The notes: generated by a model not told the origin, from the sequence alone. 64,000 nt of DNA from Parcubacteria group bacterium Gr01-1014_31 (GCA_007376135.1 VMFR01000002.1:221870-285869), one strand, 5' to 3'. Positions 35,186-44,520 are shown, counted from the stretch's first letter. Numbers and translations are program-made.

Positions 35186-38100
35186 GTGAGAAAGATGAGC
35201 AAGAAAGAGAAAATCGCCCTCATTATGAGCATCGCCGATGTGGCGTTGCGAAACCAGTCGCTGCGGTGGATGCTCAAAGCCGGTGAAATCACCGAGGATG
35301 ATCTCGCGGTAGTTGATGCCCAAGAAGCGGCACGCCAGTACCCCGAGCTCCGGGAACGTTTTAAGACCGATCCCGGCCTGCGGGTACTGCTGGACGTTTT
35401 CCGCGACTACCCGATCTACTTGGCCCGTGCGTTGGTTCAGGCGGCGCCGGACGTGTTCTACTCGTACGGTTTTGCGTACCGAAACTCAGTCAAGTTGCGC
35501 GCCGACCTCGGCACAATCGGAGTTGACCCGATCCGTGGCTCCGGCGGTTCGGGAGCTGCGGTGTACCTTGAGCGTCTTCCCAAGGAAGTTCGACAAGACT
35601 TGGTCGCACTGCTCCAGGAATTCTACTTTCATGAGTGGCTCAAGGATTTCTCCGACAGCCCCGAAGATGCGCTGGCCCTGCTCGATTTGGCTCGCGGGGA
35701 AGCCACTAATGATTTGGCGCGCCAGGCGTTGTCCGGACTTCATGATGAGTGTCAGCAGGTGTTCCAGGGAGTTTTCCCCGACTTTGTCGAGGAATTCCAT
35801 GCATCCCGGTTTCCATCTTTCCACGTTCGTTGGTGGATCCACCATATCAGCGAGGTTCCCCGCGTACTCAATATGGGAGATACCGGGACCCAAAAGACCG
35901 CCTTTGCCGCGGTCGGGCTTCGTCACTATGGCTGCCAACGGGCGCTGATCGTCTGTCCGACCCGCGCGAGTCTCCAATGGCAACGCGAGATCCAGGGCTA
36001 TCTGCGAACGCCCGCCGACCGCGTGCTGTTGGTTGATAGTCCGCGGATGATCGCGGAAGCGGCCGTCGCCACGCCGTGGTACACCATCATCGGGTACAGT
36101 ACGCTGATCGCGCGCGGGGTGGTAGACCAACTGAAGGCCATCCCCTTTGATGGGTTGGTTTTGGATGAGTGCCACTACTGCAATCACGATTCGCATCGGG
36201 CGATAGCTGCCAGTCAGCTCGTCAACGAGCTTCCGCTCCGGCGATTTTTAGCGCTGTCCGCTACTCCCTGGGAGAACCATCCGCGAGAGATGGCAGCGCT
36301 CGCTACCATGCTGCGGCCGACCACGTTCGCTTCGCCAGAGGTCTTTCGTCAGTCGCGGCCGGAGCACCCTCGTTTTCTTCGTGAACTTTTCCGCGCGCAA
36401 GTGCTTCAAGTGGAGCTGCGCGAGCTGACTCGTCTCCCATCGATCACCCCGAGCCCTTGGGAGGATCTGTTCGGCGCCGAACTGATTGAACCGACGCCGG
36501 AGCAGCGCGCTGTGTACGATTTTGTACGCGAGCAAGAGGACGACGAGCTCCCCGCGACCGAAAAGATGAAACGGCTGCTGTGGGCGGCGATCCATCCGCA
36601 CAAGCTGAAGCCCCTTTACGCGTGGCCAGCTGCGCTGGTATCGCACTTCGATCATCCGGAGCTTTCGGCAAAGCTCGCCTGGTTGAAAAACCGAATCACC
36701 CTTGAGCTTGCTCGAGGCGCCAAGGTGGTCGTCGGCACTGGCATTTACGTCGCCGGCATTACCTGTCCCAACGACAACGGTGACGAGCAGTGGGTCGGCA
36801 ATCAATTGCGTCAGTGGTTTGGCGAGCATCGCGTGCTCATCCTCGACGGGAGTGTGCTGAAGAGTGCCGGCCATAGCGGTTTAGTCAAGCGCGAACGACT
36901 CATCGAACAATGGCGCAACGATCCGGAAACCAGGATTCTCCTCGTTTCGATACCGGCCTGTCCCGATGCGCTGAACCTCAGCGTTCCCAAGTTGTCTGGG
37001 ATTACCCGTCTTTTCGTCACCACCCTGTCTTATCCCTGGAAGCCGTGGAAGCAATTCCAAGGTCGTTTCTGGAGGCCAGGGCTCGGCGTGGAGATGGAGT
37101 ACCGGGTGCCGGTGCTTCGCGGGACAATCGACCACAGTCTACTACGGATGCTCCGCAGGAAGTGGGAGTTGCAGCAGATGTTCCGTGCCTTGGTACCGTT
37201 GACTGAAGAGGAATTCGCTCGACTTGATCAGGGCGAGTATCTCCGCTGGTTGGCGGATGAGCTGCGTTCCGACTACCAACGCGTTATCTTCATCGGTAAC
37301 AATTTCCGTGGTCAGGGAGAAGCTCATGCGATTGCCATGTTCGAGGCTGAGTATGCGTCGACTACAACCGCAGAGGCATATGCAAGCGCATTTCTTGCCT
37401 GCCATGACTGCGCCACTTCTGGGCATATCGCTCGGTTCATGCAACCAGCGATCGAGGCGATGCAACAGCAAGGAGGGCTTGTGGATTCCACCGGTGTCAC
37501 CATACTCGATGCTGGGTGTGGCCCACTCACCCTCGAGCGGCGTTTGGCGCAGCCAGTCTATGGTGTGGACATGAATCGCCATATGATTGAACTGGCCAAG
37601 CCAAAGTCGCCGTGTGGCGGCTGCAATGTCCACGTCGGTTTCCTCAGCCAGCTGCCAGCAGAATGGACCGGGCGATTCGAGTTGACGGTTGCCTCGCTCG
37701 TGCTCGACTGGACTTCGATCGAGAGCGAAGTCGGGAGAGAACCGGATCGTTTGACGGTGCTGCGGGAGTTAGTTCGCGTTACACATCCAGTCGCTGGCCA
37801 CGTCTGGATAACCGTGACGCATCGGTCGCTCACCTCGGAGCTGTTTCAAGGCTGGGTTGCCGCCCTGGAACAGCAGGGTTTCGAGATCGTACGTGATTTT
37901 ACGGCGTTGTTCCGATCAAAGGACCACGAACCTGGTCAGGTACCATTCGAATTCTGGTCGATCTGTTTTTCACCCAAGGGTAAACAGCTTACCTTGGTCG
38001 ATCCTCAAGCACTTCGTTTCACTTTCGAACAATCGCGCACGAAGAAGAAGCGATCTGCCGATGGAGACGACGATCAGCTGCGAAGCCCAAAAGTGCAACG

Positions 38101-38332
38101 CATGGTCAAGTACCAGAAATTCGAGGCCGTACATCGGTCAGGCGAAATCGTCCAGCAGTCGGATGCGATCGAGCGGGCCGTCTCGGGTGAGGTGGTTCGT
38201 TTGATGCGCAACCCTGATTTGCGGGGGTGGAAACCTCACCGCAAGCCAATCCTTGCCTGGGAACATCTGTGGCGCTCTTATGTGAAGCGTCCGGAGGTTG
38301 CCGAAGAACTCAGGCGGCGCGGGTTCCTGTGA
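35186..38332 (+). CDS. fusion protein: N-terminal unknown domain (about 230 aa) + SNF2-family helicase (SNF2_N + Helicase_C) + class I SAM methyltransferase (Methyltransf_11-like) + basic C-terminal tail
   Basis: motif I GDTGTQKT, Ia ALIVCPTRASLQW, II LVLDECHY (DExH), III LALSATPWEN, V RILLVSIPACPDALNL, VI QFQGRFWRPGLG; MTase motif I ILDAGCGPLT, post-I VYGVDMN, Methyltransf_11 tail; GTG start with SD GGAGG. Confidence 0.8.
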   Translation: MRKMSKKEKIALIMSIADVALRNQSLRWMLKAGEITEDDLAVVDAQEAARQYPELRERFKTDPGLRVLLDVFRDYPIYLARALVQAAPDVFYSYGFAYRNSVKLRADLGTIGVDPIRGSGGSGAAVYLERLPKEVRQDLVALLQEFYFHEWLKDFSDSPEDALALLDLARGEATNDLARQALSGLHDECQQVFQGVFPDFVEEFHASRFPSFHVRWWIHHISEVPRVLNMGDTGTQKTAFAAVGLRHYGCQRALIVCPTRASLQWQREIQGYLRTPADRVLLVDSPRMIAEAAVATPWYTIIGYSTLIARGVVDQLKAIPFDGLVLDECHYCNHDSHRAIAASQLVNELPLRRFLALSATPWENHPREMAALATMLRPTTFASPEVFRQSRPEHPRFLRELFRAQVLQVELRELTRLPSITPSPWEDLFGAELIEPTPEQRAVYDFVREQEDDELPATEKMKRLLWAAIHPHKLKPLYAWPAALVSHFDHPELSAKLAWLKNRITLELARGAKVVVGTGIYVAGITCPNDNGDEQWVGNQLRQWFGEHRVLILDGSVLKSAGHSGLVKRERLIEQWRNDPETRILLVSIPACPDALNLSVPKLSGITRLFVTTLSYPWKPWKQFQGRFWRPGLGVEMEYRVPVLRGTIDHSLLRMLRRKWELQQMFRALVPLTEEEFARLDQGEYLRWLADELRSDYQRVIFIGNNFRGQGEAHAIAMFEAEYASTTTAEAYASAFLACHDCATSGHIARFMQPAIEAMQQQGGLVDSTGVTILDAGCGPLTLERRLAQPVYGVDMNRHMIELAKPKSPCGGCNVHVGFLSQLPAEWTGRFELTVASLVLDWTSIESEVGREPDRLTVLRELVRVTHPVAGHVWITVTHRSLTSELFQGWVAALEQQGFEIVRDFTALFRSKDHEPGQVPFEFWSICFSPKGKQLTLVDPQALRFTFEQSRTKKKRSADGDDDQLRSPKVQRMVKYQKFEAVHRSGEIVQQSDAIERAVSGEVVRLMRNPDLRGWKPHRKPILAWEHLWRSYVKRPEVAEELRRRGFL

Positions 38333-38408
38333 TTTTCCGTGAGCTGGGCCGGTAAATCATCGCCGGTCCAGCCTTTCTCACTCAACACAACCTTCTGGAG
38401 GTACGCTC

Positions 38409-39002
38409 ATGGATGAACCGTTTTGGAGGCAGCAACCCCAGACCGTGGCACAGGCCATGCTGGGTAAGCTGCTCGTGGTCGGCGAGACGGAAGGCTGGGT
38501 GCTGCGCACCGAAGGATACCCTCGGGCGAAGAATGCCGCCGGCATTTACAAGCCGATGCTGGAAATGGCGCCTGGAGATGTCTACTGTCCGCGGACCCGG
38601 AATTCGATCCTCCTGCTGATCGTAACGCAGGATGGGGTCGACATCGGTGGCTGCGTCCTCATACGCGCTGCCGAGATTGGTGGTACGACGTTTGACGGTC
38701 CGGGCAAGGTCACCGAGGCTTTCGGGGTCACCGTGCCGCGGGTTTCCGGTACTGCTGAAATCGGGGAGGACGACGATACGGTGCTCGTCCACCTCGGGAC
38801 ATCTCGCGCTAAGGACCAGCCGAAGCCGTCGCGGCCGCGCTTGCGTGCCTATGCGGCCATCGGATGGGAAACCGTCAGGCGCAACATGCCTCGCATCGCA
38901 AAATGCTTCTTGAGTCAGCCCTTCGGTCGGTTCGAGGATTTTCTCGAACGGATTCTCGAGGGCTGTACCAGTGAGGTGGAACTGTTGAAGCGTCTCCGTT
39001 GA
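38409..39002 (+). CDS. mpg: 3-methyladenine DNA glycosylase (Mpg/AAG family)
   Basis: AQAMLGKLLVV..ETEGW..RTEGY..AAGIYKP..MAPGDVYCP..NSILLLIV..GGCVLIRAAE matches AAG-family core; SD GGAGG. Confidence 0.75.
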   Translation: MDEPFWRQQPQTVAQAMLGKLLVVGETEGWVLRTEGYPRAKNAAGIYKPMLEMAPGDVYCPRTRNSILLLIVTQDGVDIGGCVLIRAAEIGGTTFDGPGKVTEAFGVTVPRVSGTAEIGEDDDTVLVHLGTSRAKDQPKPSRPRLRAYAAIGWETVRRNMPRIAKCFLSQPFGRFEDFLERILEGCTSEVELLKRLR

Positions 39003-39078
39003 ACTTCGTTCTCTCTACTCCTGCGTCTGCAGGTGCCCCCAGCTGTCCAAGGATGGTTTGGGGGCTTTTTTTAAGTTT

Positions 39079-39122
39079 TCCATGGTACTATTCGCGCGAA
39101 TAGTACCATGGACTTTTTTATT
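39079..39122 (+). terminator. perfect 34-bp palindrome (TCCATGGTACTATTCGCG|CGCGAATAGTACCATGGA) + T6 between convergent genes
   Basis: seen directly. Confidence 0.75.
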
Positions 39123-39624
39123 CCCCCAGCCGTTCCACCAGTTTGAGTGCGGCTTTGCCGGTCGTCAAATCGACGAGCGCGAAGGTCGCTTTGTACCACA
39201 TGCCAGCCAGGGTGCCAGGATTGAGCACGGTGCAGCTGCTGATTTTTTCTTCCCACGGCTTGTGGGTGTGGCCGTGAAAGACATAGCGGTACTTGCCCGT
39301 TGCGGCCAGTTCCTTGGCTTCCTGCGGATAGTGGACGAACGCCAGCTGCACGCCGCCGATGACGGTTTCCCCAACATCGCCGTGCAGGGTGACATGCGGG
39401 AATTGCCGGCCCATGGCGGCAAAGCCGTCGCGGTCCACGTCGCAGTTGCCGTAAACGGCGTGGATTTGTTTGGGAAATCCGTGCGCCAGCAGCGCCAAGG
39501 TTTCAGGCGTGGTAATGTCGCCGCAGTGGATGAGCGCGTCAATGGGCAGCGCGGAAAAATAACGCAAGGCCAACTGCAAATTGGCCTCGTTGTCGTGGGT
39601 GTCGGAAATAATTGCAATTATCAT
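39118..39624 (-). CDS. metallophosphoesterase (YfcE/MJ0936 family)
   Basis: ISDTHDN, GD, GNCD, GHTH motifs. Confidence 0.85.
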   Translation of the reverse strand: MIIAIISDTHDNEANLQLALRYFSALPIDALIHCGDITTPETLALLAHGFPKQIHAVYGNCDVDRDGFAAMGRQFPHVTLHGDVGETVIGGVQLAFVHYPQEAKELAATGKYRYVFHGHTHKPWEEKISSCTVLNPGTLAGMWYKATFALVDLTTGKAALKLVERLGE

Positions 39625-39683
39625 TTTTTACCTCTCTAGGGAAGTACTTTCGGCCCCTTTTAAGGATGTCTTTCGGTACCTTT

Positions 39684-40538
39684 CTAAGAAAGGTACCGCC
39701 AAAGTCGCGCCCCGTGTCCAAATTTAGAGCATTGAGCCGTTCCTCGTCGGCTAATTTCGCTAACTCGGCCGTTGAGTGCGGGATGCGCAACGAGCGCTGC
39801 GAAGCCGGCCTTTCCGATCTTCCCCTCCCCCAGGTGCGCGTGGCGGTCCACATGCGCCCCGAAGTCGGCCTGCGAGTCATTAGCGTGGATGAGCACGAGC
39901 CGGTCCAGACCGATGGTGCGGTCAAATTTTTTCAAAGTTGCGCTCACTGCCCCAGCAGTCCGCAGGTCGTAGCCCGCCGTGAATGCGTGGCAGGTATCCA
40001 GGCAGACGCCGATCTTCCCGCGCCAGGCTGCGTTCATCTTTTCGACGTCCTTGATGTAGGCGGCAATTTCTTCAAAGGAATCACCCAAGACTGCGCCCGA
40101 ACCGGCGGCGAGCTCAATTAAAAAACGGGTCGTACCCGTATACCCGTCCAGCATTTTTATCAGCCCTTTCACCACCATCTGATGGGCAGCGGCGGCATCC
40201 ACGTCCTTGGCGCTGCCCAGATGGGTCATCAGCGCGGCGGCTCCAAGCTTTGACGCGCGTTCCAATTCTTCGCGGATGATCGCGATGGTGCCGTGGCGGA
40301 TGCGAATGTTCGCCGACGCGAAGTTGACGTAGTAGGGAGTGTGCACGTAGCAGGCCGCCTGCGCATACTTTCGCATTGCCGCGTGGAATTGCGAGAGTAT
40401 TTCGGGTGTCAGCTCCGGCGCTTTGCCGCCGCGCGGCGAACGGATGAACATTTGAAACACTTCGCAGCCGACCGCGGCCGCGTTGGCCGGTGCATTGAAC
40501 ACCCCGCCAGCGATGGAAACGTGGAGACCGAAACGCAT
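39684..40538 (-). CDS. nfo: endonuclease IV (AP endonuclease family 2)
   Basis: TIM-barrel xylose-isomerase-like motifs; start trimmed to MRFGLHVSIAGG (ORF track upstream extension is translation of the TTGAC repeat array). Confidence 0.85.
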   Translation of the reverse strand: MRFGLHVSIAGGVFNAPANAAAVGCEVFQMFIRSPRGGKAPELTPEILSQFHAAMRKYAQAACYVHTPYYVNFASANIRIRHGTIAIIREELERASKLGAAALMTHLGSAKDVDAAAAHQMVVKGLIKMLDGYTGTTRFLIELAAGSGAVLGDSFEEIAAYIKDVEKMNAAWRGKIGVCLDTCHAFTAGYDLRTAGAVSATLKKFDRTIGLDRLVLIHANDSQADFGAHVDRHAHLGEGKIGKAGFAALVAHPALNGRVSEISRRGTAQCSKFGHGARLWRYLS

Positions 40539-40549
40539 AGATGAGACAA

Positions 40550-40612
40550 TTGACTTTTGACCATTGACCGTTGACTTTTTCCGACGGTCAAATGTCAATG
40601 GTCAACGGTTAA
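40550..40612. promoter_or_regulatory. palindromic heptad array: 4x TTGAC(nn) ... centre ... 4x (nn)GTCAA/GTTAA, immediately upstream of nfo
   Basis: TTGACttTTGACcaTTGACcgTTGACtttttccgacgGTCAAatGTCAAtgGTCAAcgGTTAA. Confidence 0.6.
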
Positions 40613-40726
40613 TTGTTTACGACGGTTTTCTTGAGGTACTCCGTCACCTTACGGGAGGTGAGGCTTTGGTTACAACGATTGTAGCATGGGTGGTGGGGCT
40701 TGCCACGGTGGGGATTTCCTCGAGCT

Positions 40727-41458
40727 TTAGCGTTGGGGCAGCGTGTTCCACAAGGCGTCAAACATGGCCGTTTGCACTTGGGTCAGTTCGTCGCTCTCCA
40801 CGACCAGAGCAACTAAATCTTTGCGGAATGAAAACATCGCGATTTTATTGCCCCAGATGAAAATGTTGCCATGGTAGCGGTAACTTTCCGGGATGATTTT
40901 CACCACCCGCAGGTGTTGGGGCCCAAGCTGCTGGCGCTCCCGAGCTTTTGGCGATTCCCGTAAGATGACTTGTACGGAAATTTTTTTTTGCACACGTTTT
41001 TTTACGAATTCGGGAAAAATTTTATCCAGGGTCGTAAAAAGATCCTCCGCGGCGCCAAACGAGCGCACCTCGCGCGCCTCTGCCAGTATTTCCTCCAAAA
41101 TCAGCTTCATCCCCAGTGTGCCTTGGTAGAACCGCACGGTCGGGCGGTGCTTGGCGGCGCCGTAGAGCGCGCGCAGTTCCGGAAAAGCCTGCTCCAATAG
41201 CTCCACCTTATCTTTGGCCAGGACAATGACTTTCTGGGGATCCTCGGCGCCGTAGTATTGGATATTTTTCTTTTTGTACGTGGAAGCAAAACCCTGCTGG
41301 CACAGACGTTCCAATAGTTCATAGCATGTTGAGCGGGGTAATCCGGATTTTCGGCTGATTTTTTGTACCGACGCCGAACCCAATTCCAAACAAGCCAAGT
41401 ACACCTTGGCTTGTTTTTCCGTTAGCCCGAAGTCTTTGAGCGTTTGTTCGAGGTTCAT
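40727..41458 (-). CDS. TrmB family transcriptional regulator
   Basis: N-terminal HTH LGLTEKQAKVYLACLELGSASVQKISRKSGLPRSTCYELLERL + TrmB C-terminal domain. Confidence 0.8.
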   Translation of the reverse strand: MNLEQTLKDFGLTEKQAKVYLACLELGSASVQKISRKSGLPRSTCYELLERLCQQGFASTYKKKNIQYYGAEDPQKVIVLAKDKVELLEQAFPELRALYGAAKHRPTVRFYQGTLGMKLILEEILAEAREVRSFGAAEDLFTTLDKIFPEFVKKRVQKKISVQVILRESPKARERQQLGPQHLRVVKIIPESYRYHGNIFIWGNKIAMFSFRKDLVALVVESDELTQVQTAMFDALWNTLPQR

Positions 41459-41500
41459 AAGAGTGTAGTATCTTTACTCATCTTTTTCCCCCTCTCCCTA

Positions 41501-41523
41501 CCCTCTCCCACCGAGGGAGAGGG
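41501..41523. repeat. hairpin repeat CCCTCTCCC-accga-GGGAGAGGG (family also at about 44595-44620 and 45318-45340; variant TACCCTC-gtgg-TGAGGGTA at about 41718-41740)
   Basis: three perfect 9-bp-stem copies seen directly. Confidence 0.65.
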
Positions 41524-41775
41524 GACAGGACAAAAGCCAATGTGCGCCTTGAATCCGCTCGGGACGATTGAACATAATACTTTTGCATCAAATTGAGTCA
41601 ATTCTGTCGGTAAAACCGACAACATTTATCTAACTTAATAATAGCTTACTTTAGCAATTTTGTCAAGTATTAACATTATATATTGACGGTTTTATAGACT
41701 AATTTACCTAATTATGGTTTACTTCACCGTTACCCTCGTGGTGAGGGTAGGCACATTAACAAGGAGGAACAATTC

Positions 41776-42168
41776 ATGGCAGAGCCTAAGGCAGCCGAGT
41801 TTACTGTTGGCGGTCTCGTTTTCGCGCTAATCCCCTTCCTTAAGGAAGGGGAAATCCATATCGACTATGACGAGCTGCTAAAGCGCGCCAAAAAGCTTAG
41901 AGCCAGCGGCTCAAAAGGCTGCCGGTTCATTCGTGATCATCTGGAAGAAATTCCTGCTGAATTTCGTTGGGAGTTTGATCTGATTTTTCCAAGCTACCGC
42001 CGCCCCGGGTTCCCGTCGCGGTTGCAAGCGTACTTCGCCGAATTCTTTTGCGGGAACAGCGGTACTTGGGTCCAAGCTTGGCGTCCGCTCAGATCCGACT
42101 ATTTCGACTATGGCGGGCACGATCGACTGGTGCGCCGGGTCAGAATGAAAAAAGGGGGAAACAAATAG
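41776..42168 (+). CDS. small protein, paralog family member 1 (130 aa)
   Basis: shares F-T-[IV]-[GA]-G..[VY]-[GA]-L..[PF] ... EEIP.EFR.EF.L[IV]F ... W.Q.W ... [YH]DRLVR.V with 43788.., 44164.., 44733..; SD AAGGAGG. Confidence 0.6.
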   Translation: MAEPKAAEFTVGGLVFALIPFLKEGEIHIDYDELLKRAKKLRASGSKGCRFIRDHLEEIPAEFRWEFDLIFPSYRRPGFPSRLQAYFAEFFCGNSGTWVQAWRPLRSDYFDYGGHDRLVRRVRMKKGGNK

Positions 42169-42175
42169 TTAATTT

Positions 42176-42204
42176 GGGGGCGACGGCAATATTTGATCGC
42201 CCCC
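42176..42204 (+). repeat. conserved leader hairpin GGGGGCGA..TCGCCCCC (copies at 43629-43673 and 44543-44572) followed by TCCTACCAATGGCGACAAG
   Basis: three copies aligned by eye. Confidence 0.6.
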
Positions 42205-42285
42205 TCCTACCAATGGCGACAAGTAGAGCTTATCGTCAGCGGCGGGAGAAAATGTAAGTAGCCCTTTGACCAAAAAGGAGAATAC

Positions 42286-43110
42286 ATGGGAGAGACGGAA
42301 CAAGAGACACCGCCTCCGGTGCTGTCCACGCCGGTGGTGTACGGCCCTGTGGCGTCGCGGCGGTTGGGACGGTCGCTGGGCATCAATCTATTTACCCCGG
42401 CAAGTAAAGTCTGTACGTTCGATTGCGCGTACTGCCAGTGCGGTGCCGCCCAGCCGACGGCCACGGGCATCCTGTCGCTTGCCCGTATCAAGCGGGGACT
42501 ATCCGCCAGTTTCCGGAAATTGGTTCGGTTTGGAACGCCGATCCAGCACCTCACGTTTGCCGGTAACGGCGAGCCGACCATCCACCCTGATTTTCCCGAA
42601 ATCGTCGCCTACGTCCTGCGGTTACGCGACCGACTCCTGCCCGGAATACCGACCGCAATTTTCACGAATGGATCAGCACTCGGTACGTCGGCAATTCGGT
42701 CAGCGATCGCAAAATTGGATCGGCGGTTCCTGAAGTTGGACGCCGGTGATCCCCAAACGGCGCGGCGCGTCAATCGGAGCAAGAACTTTGCCGCGATCGT
42801 GCATTCCCTGGCGGCTGCGGCGAAGGAGATGCCGGTGGAAATTTCCACCGCCGTCATCACCGCACCTGCGAGGTTCGCCAACCTCAATTCTCTCCGAAAC
42901 CTTGGTTACGTTAGGGTTGTTCAGCGGATCAACCCGCAGCGGCTGTACCTCTACAGCATTGATCGGCCGCCCGCGGTGTCAGTCATTGAGCAGGCGTCGC
43001 CAGCAGTGTTGCTGCAGCTTGCCACCTACCTTCGGTCGCGACTCGATGTGCCAGTCCTGGTGCTCCGGTCACGGCGGACCAGGCCGTGGGCGCAGTGGAT
43101 TTGGGAGTAA
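42286..43110 (+). CDS. radical SAM protein (COG0731-like)
   Basis: CTFDCAYCQCG (Cx3Cx2C) preceded by VYGPVASRRLGRSLGINL. Confidence 0.8.
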   Translation: MGETEQETPPPVLSTPVVYGPVASRRLGRSLGINLFTPASKVCTFDCAYCQCGAAQPTATGILSLARIKRGLSASFRKLVRFGTPIQHLTFAGNGEPTIHPDFPEIVAYVLRLRDRLLPGIPTAIFTNGSALGTSAIRSAIAKLDRRFLKLDAGDPQTARRVNRSKNFAAIVHSLAAAAKEMPVEISTAVITAPARFANLNSLRNLGYVRVVQRINPQRLYLYSIDRPPAVSVIEQASPAVLLQLATYLRSRLDVPVLVLRSRRTRPWAQWIWE

Positions 43111-43127
43111 GGGAAAGGAGAAACCGC

Positions 43128-43550
43128 ATGGTGTGTGTTTCCCACGTCGCCATTTTCGTGAACAATCTCGATTTGATGGAGCGTTTCTACCAGGCGGTCT
43201 TCGGGATGTGGACGGTGTGGAAGGCGCCAAACGAGAAAGCCTACCTCACGACGGGCAACCGCGACATCTTCGCCCTACTGCACAAACCCGGCTACCGGCC
43301 GCGCCGTTACGATCTGGCGGGCATCCTCCAGGATCCGCGAGTGACGCCGAATTTCCCCCACTTTGGGGCGGTGGTTGAAACCCTTGACCATTTCACCGAA
43401 CTGATGGAACGGCTCGAGGCCACGGGAATCACCATCTACGGCCCCAAGGTCAGCCGCGATACCACCCGTTCATTCTACTTCCACGATCCGGAAGGAAACG
43501 CGGTCCAGGTTGTCTGTCCGACGCATGAGTACTTCCAACGCTCGAGGTAA
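43128..43550 (+). CDS. VOC (glyoxalase/bleomycin-resistance/dioxygenase) family protein
   Basis: HVAIFVNNLD...FYFHDPEGNAVQV; SD AAAGGAG; start trimmed. Confidence 0.75.
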   Translation: MVCVSHVAIFVNNLDLMERFYQAVFGMWTVWKAPNEKAYLTTGNRDIFALLHKPGYRPRRYDLAGILQDPRVTPNFPHFGAVVETLDHFTELMERLEATGITIYGPKVSRDTTRSFYFHDPEGNAVQVVCPTHEYFQRSR

Positions 43551-43787
43551 TTCACGGCGCACGTTCATCGTGGCCATCGTGGACAAGATCTTTCACGAGT
43601 AAACCCGGAATACCGGGTATGTACCATCGGGGGACGGCCGACGACACGAACGCGTGGCGATCACCGTCCCCCTCCTACCAATGGCGACAAGCTGTATTTG
43701 TCGTCAGCGGCGGGAGAAATGGATTCTCCCGTGCCCAAAGCCCGGCGTGAAAGGGTACGCACGTTGACAAGAAAGAAAGGAAAAAGC

Positions 43788-44138
43788 ATGGGTGATTCAA
43801 AAATTGTCACATTCACCCTCGGTAACCGCGTCTATGGGCTGGTACCCATTTTCCAGGAGGCCGAGACCTACGTCAGCGATAACACGATGGTGGAGCGCGC
43901 CCAAGAGCTTGGCGCTAACCTGGACGAAGAAGACGGTCAATTCTTCATGGAACACCGGGCAGAAATTCCCGCGGAGGTTCAGAGGTCTTTACTGGTTTTC
44001 ACGGGTTGGCGCCATCCGTCTAACCCGCAGAGCTTCGCCTACATGGGCTGGGTCGGCGATAAGTGGTACCAGGCATGGTATTTGCCAGAGCTCGTCGAGT
44101 GGTGCAAGTACGATCGGCTGGTGCACTGCATCTCGTAA
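43788..44138 (+). CDS. small protein, paralog family member 2 (116 aa); possible N-terminal extension from ATG 43719
   Basis: about 50% identical to member 3 over full length. Confidence 0.65.
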   Translation: MGDSKIVTFTLGNRVYGLVPIFQEAETYVSDNTMVERAQELGANLDEEDGQFFMEHRAEIPAEVQRSLLVFTGWRHPSNPQSFAYMGWVGDKWYQAWYLPELVEWCKYDRLVHCIS

Positions 44139-44163
44139 TCCTTTCTGAATAAGGAGAAGTGTC

Positions 44164-44520
44164 ATGGAGCAACCCGTGTGTCAGCAGTTCACCATTGCCG
44201 GCCACACCTACGGGCTCATGTCCTTCCATGAGGAAGGCGAAGGTTTGGTCAATGGGGACACGATGGTGGAGCGTGCCTTGAAGCGTGACGCCAACCTGGG
44301 CGAAGAGGACGGCGCCTTAATTTTGGAGCACCAGGACGAAATTCCCCAGAAATTCCGGGGGGAATTCTACCTGGTCTTCGCGGCCTGGCATCATCCGTCC
44401 CGCCCGCAGCGCGTCGCGTGTCTCCGCTGGAACGGCTTCCGCTGGTGCCAGGACTGGTACTGGCTCGGCAGCAGCTGGGGCGGGTATGATCGGCTGGTGC
44501 GTAAAGTCAGTATGAAATAA
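44164..44520 (+). CDS. small protein, paralog family member 3 (118 aa)
   Basis: SD AAGGAGA; Trp-rich C-terminal half conserved with member 2. Confidence 0.65.
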   Translation: MEQPVCQQFTIAGHTYGLMSFHEEGEGLVNGDTMVERALKRDANLGEEDGALILEHQDEIPQKFRGEFYLVFAAWHHPSRPQRVACLRWNGFRWCQDWYWLGSSWGGYDRLVRKVSMK

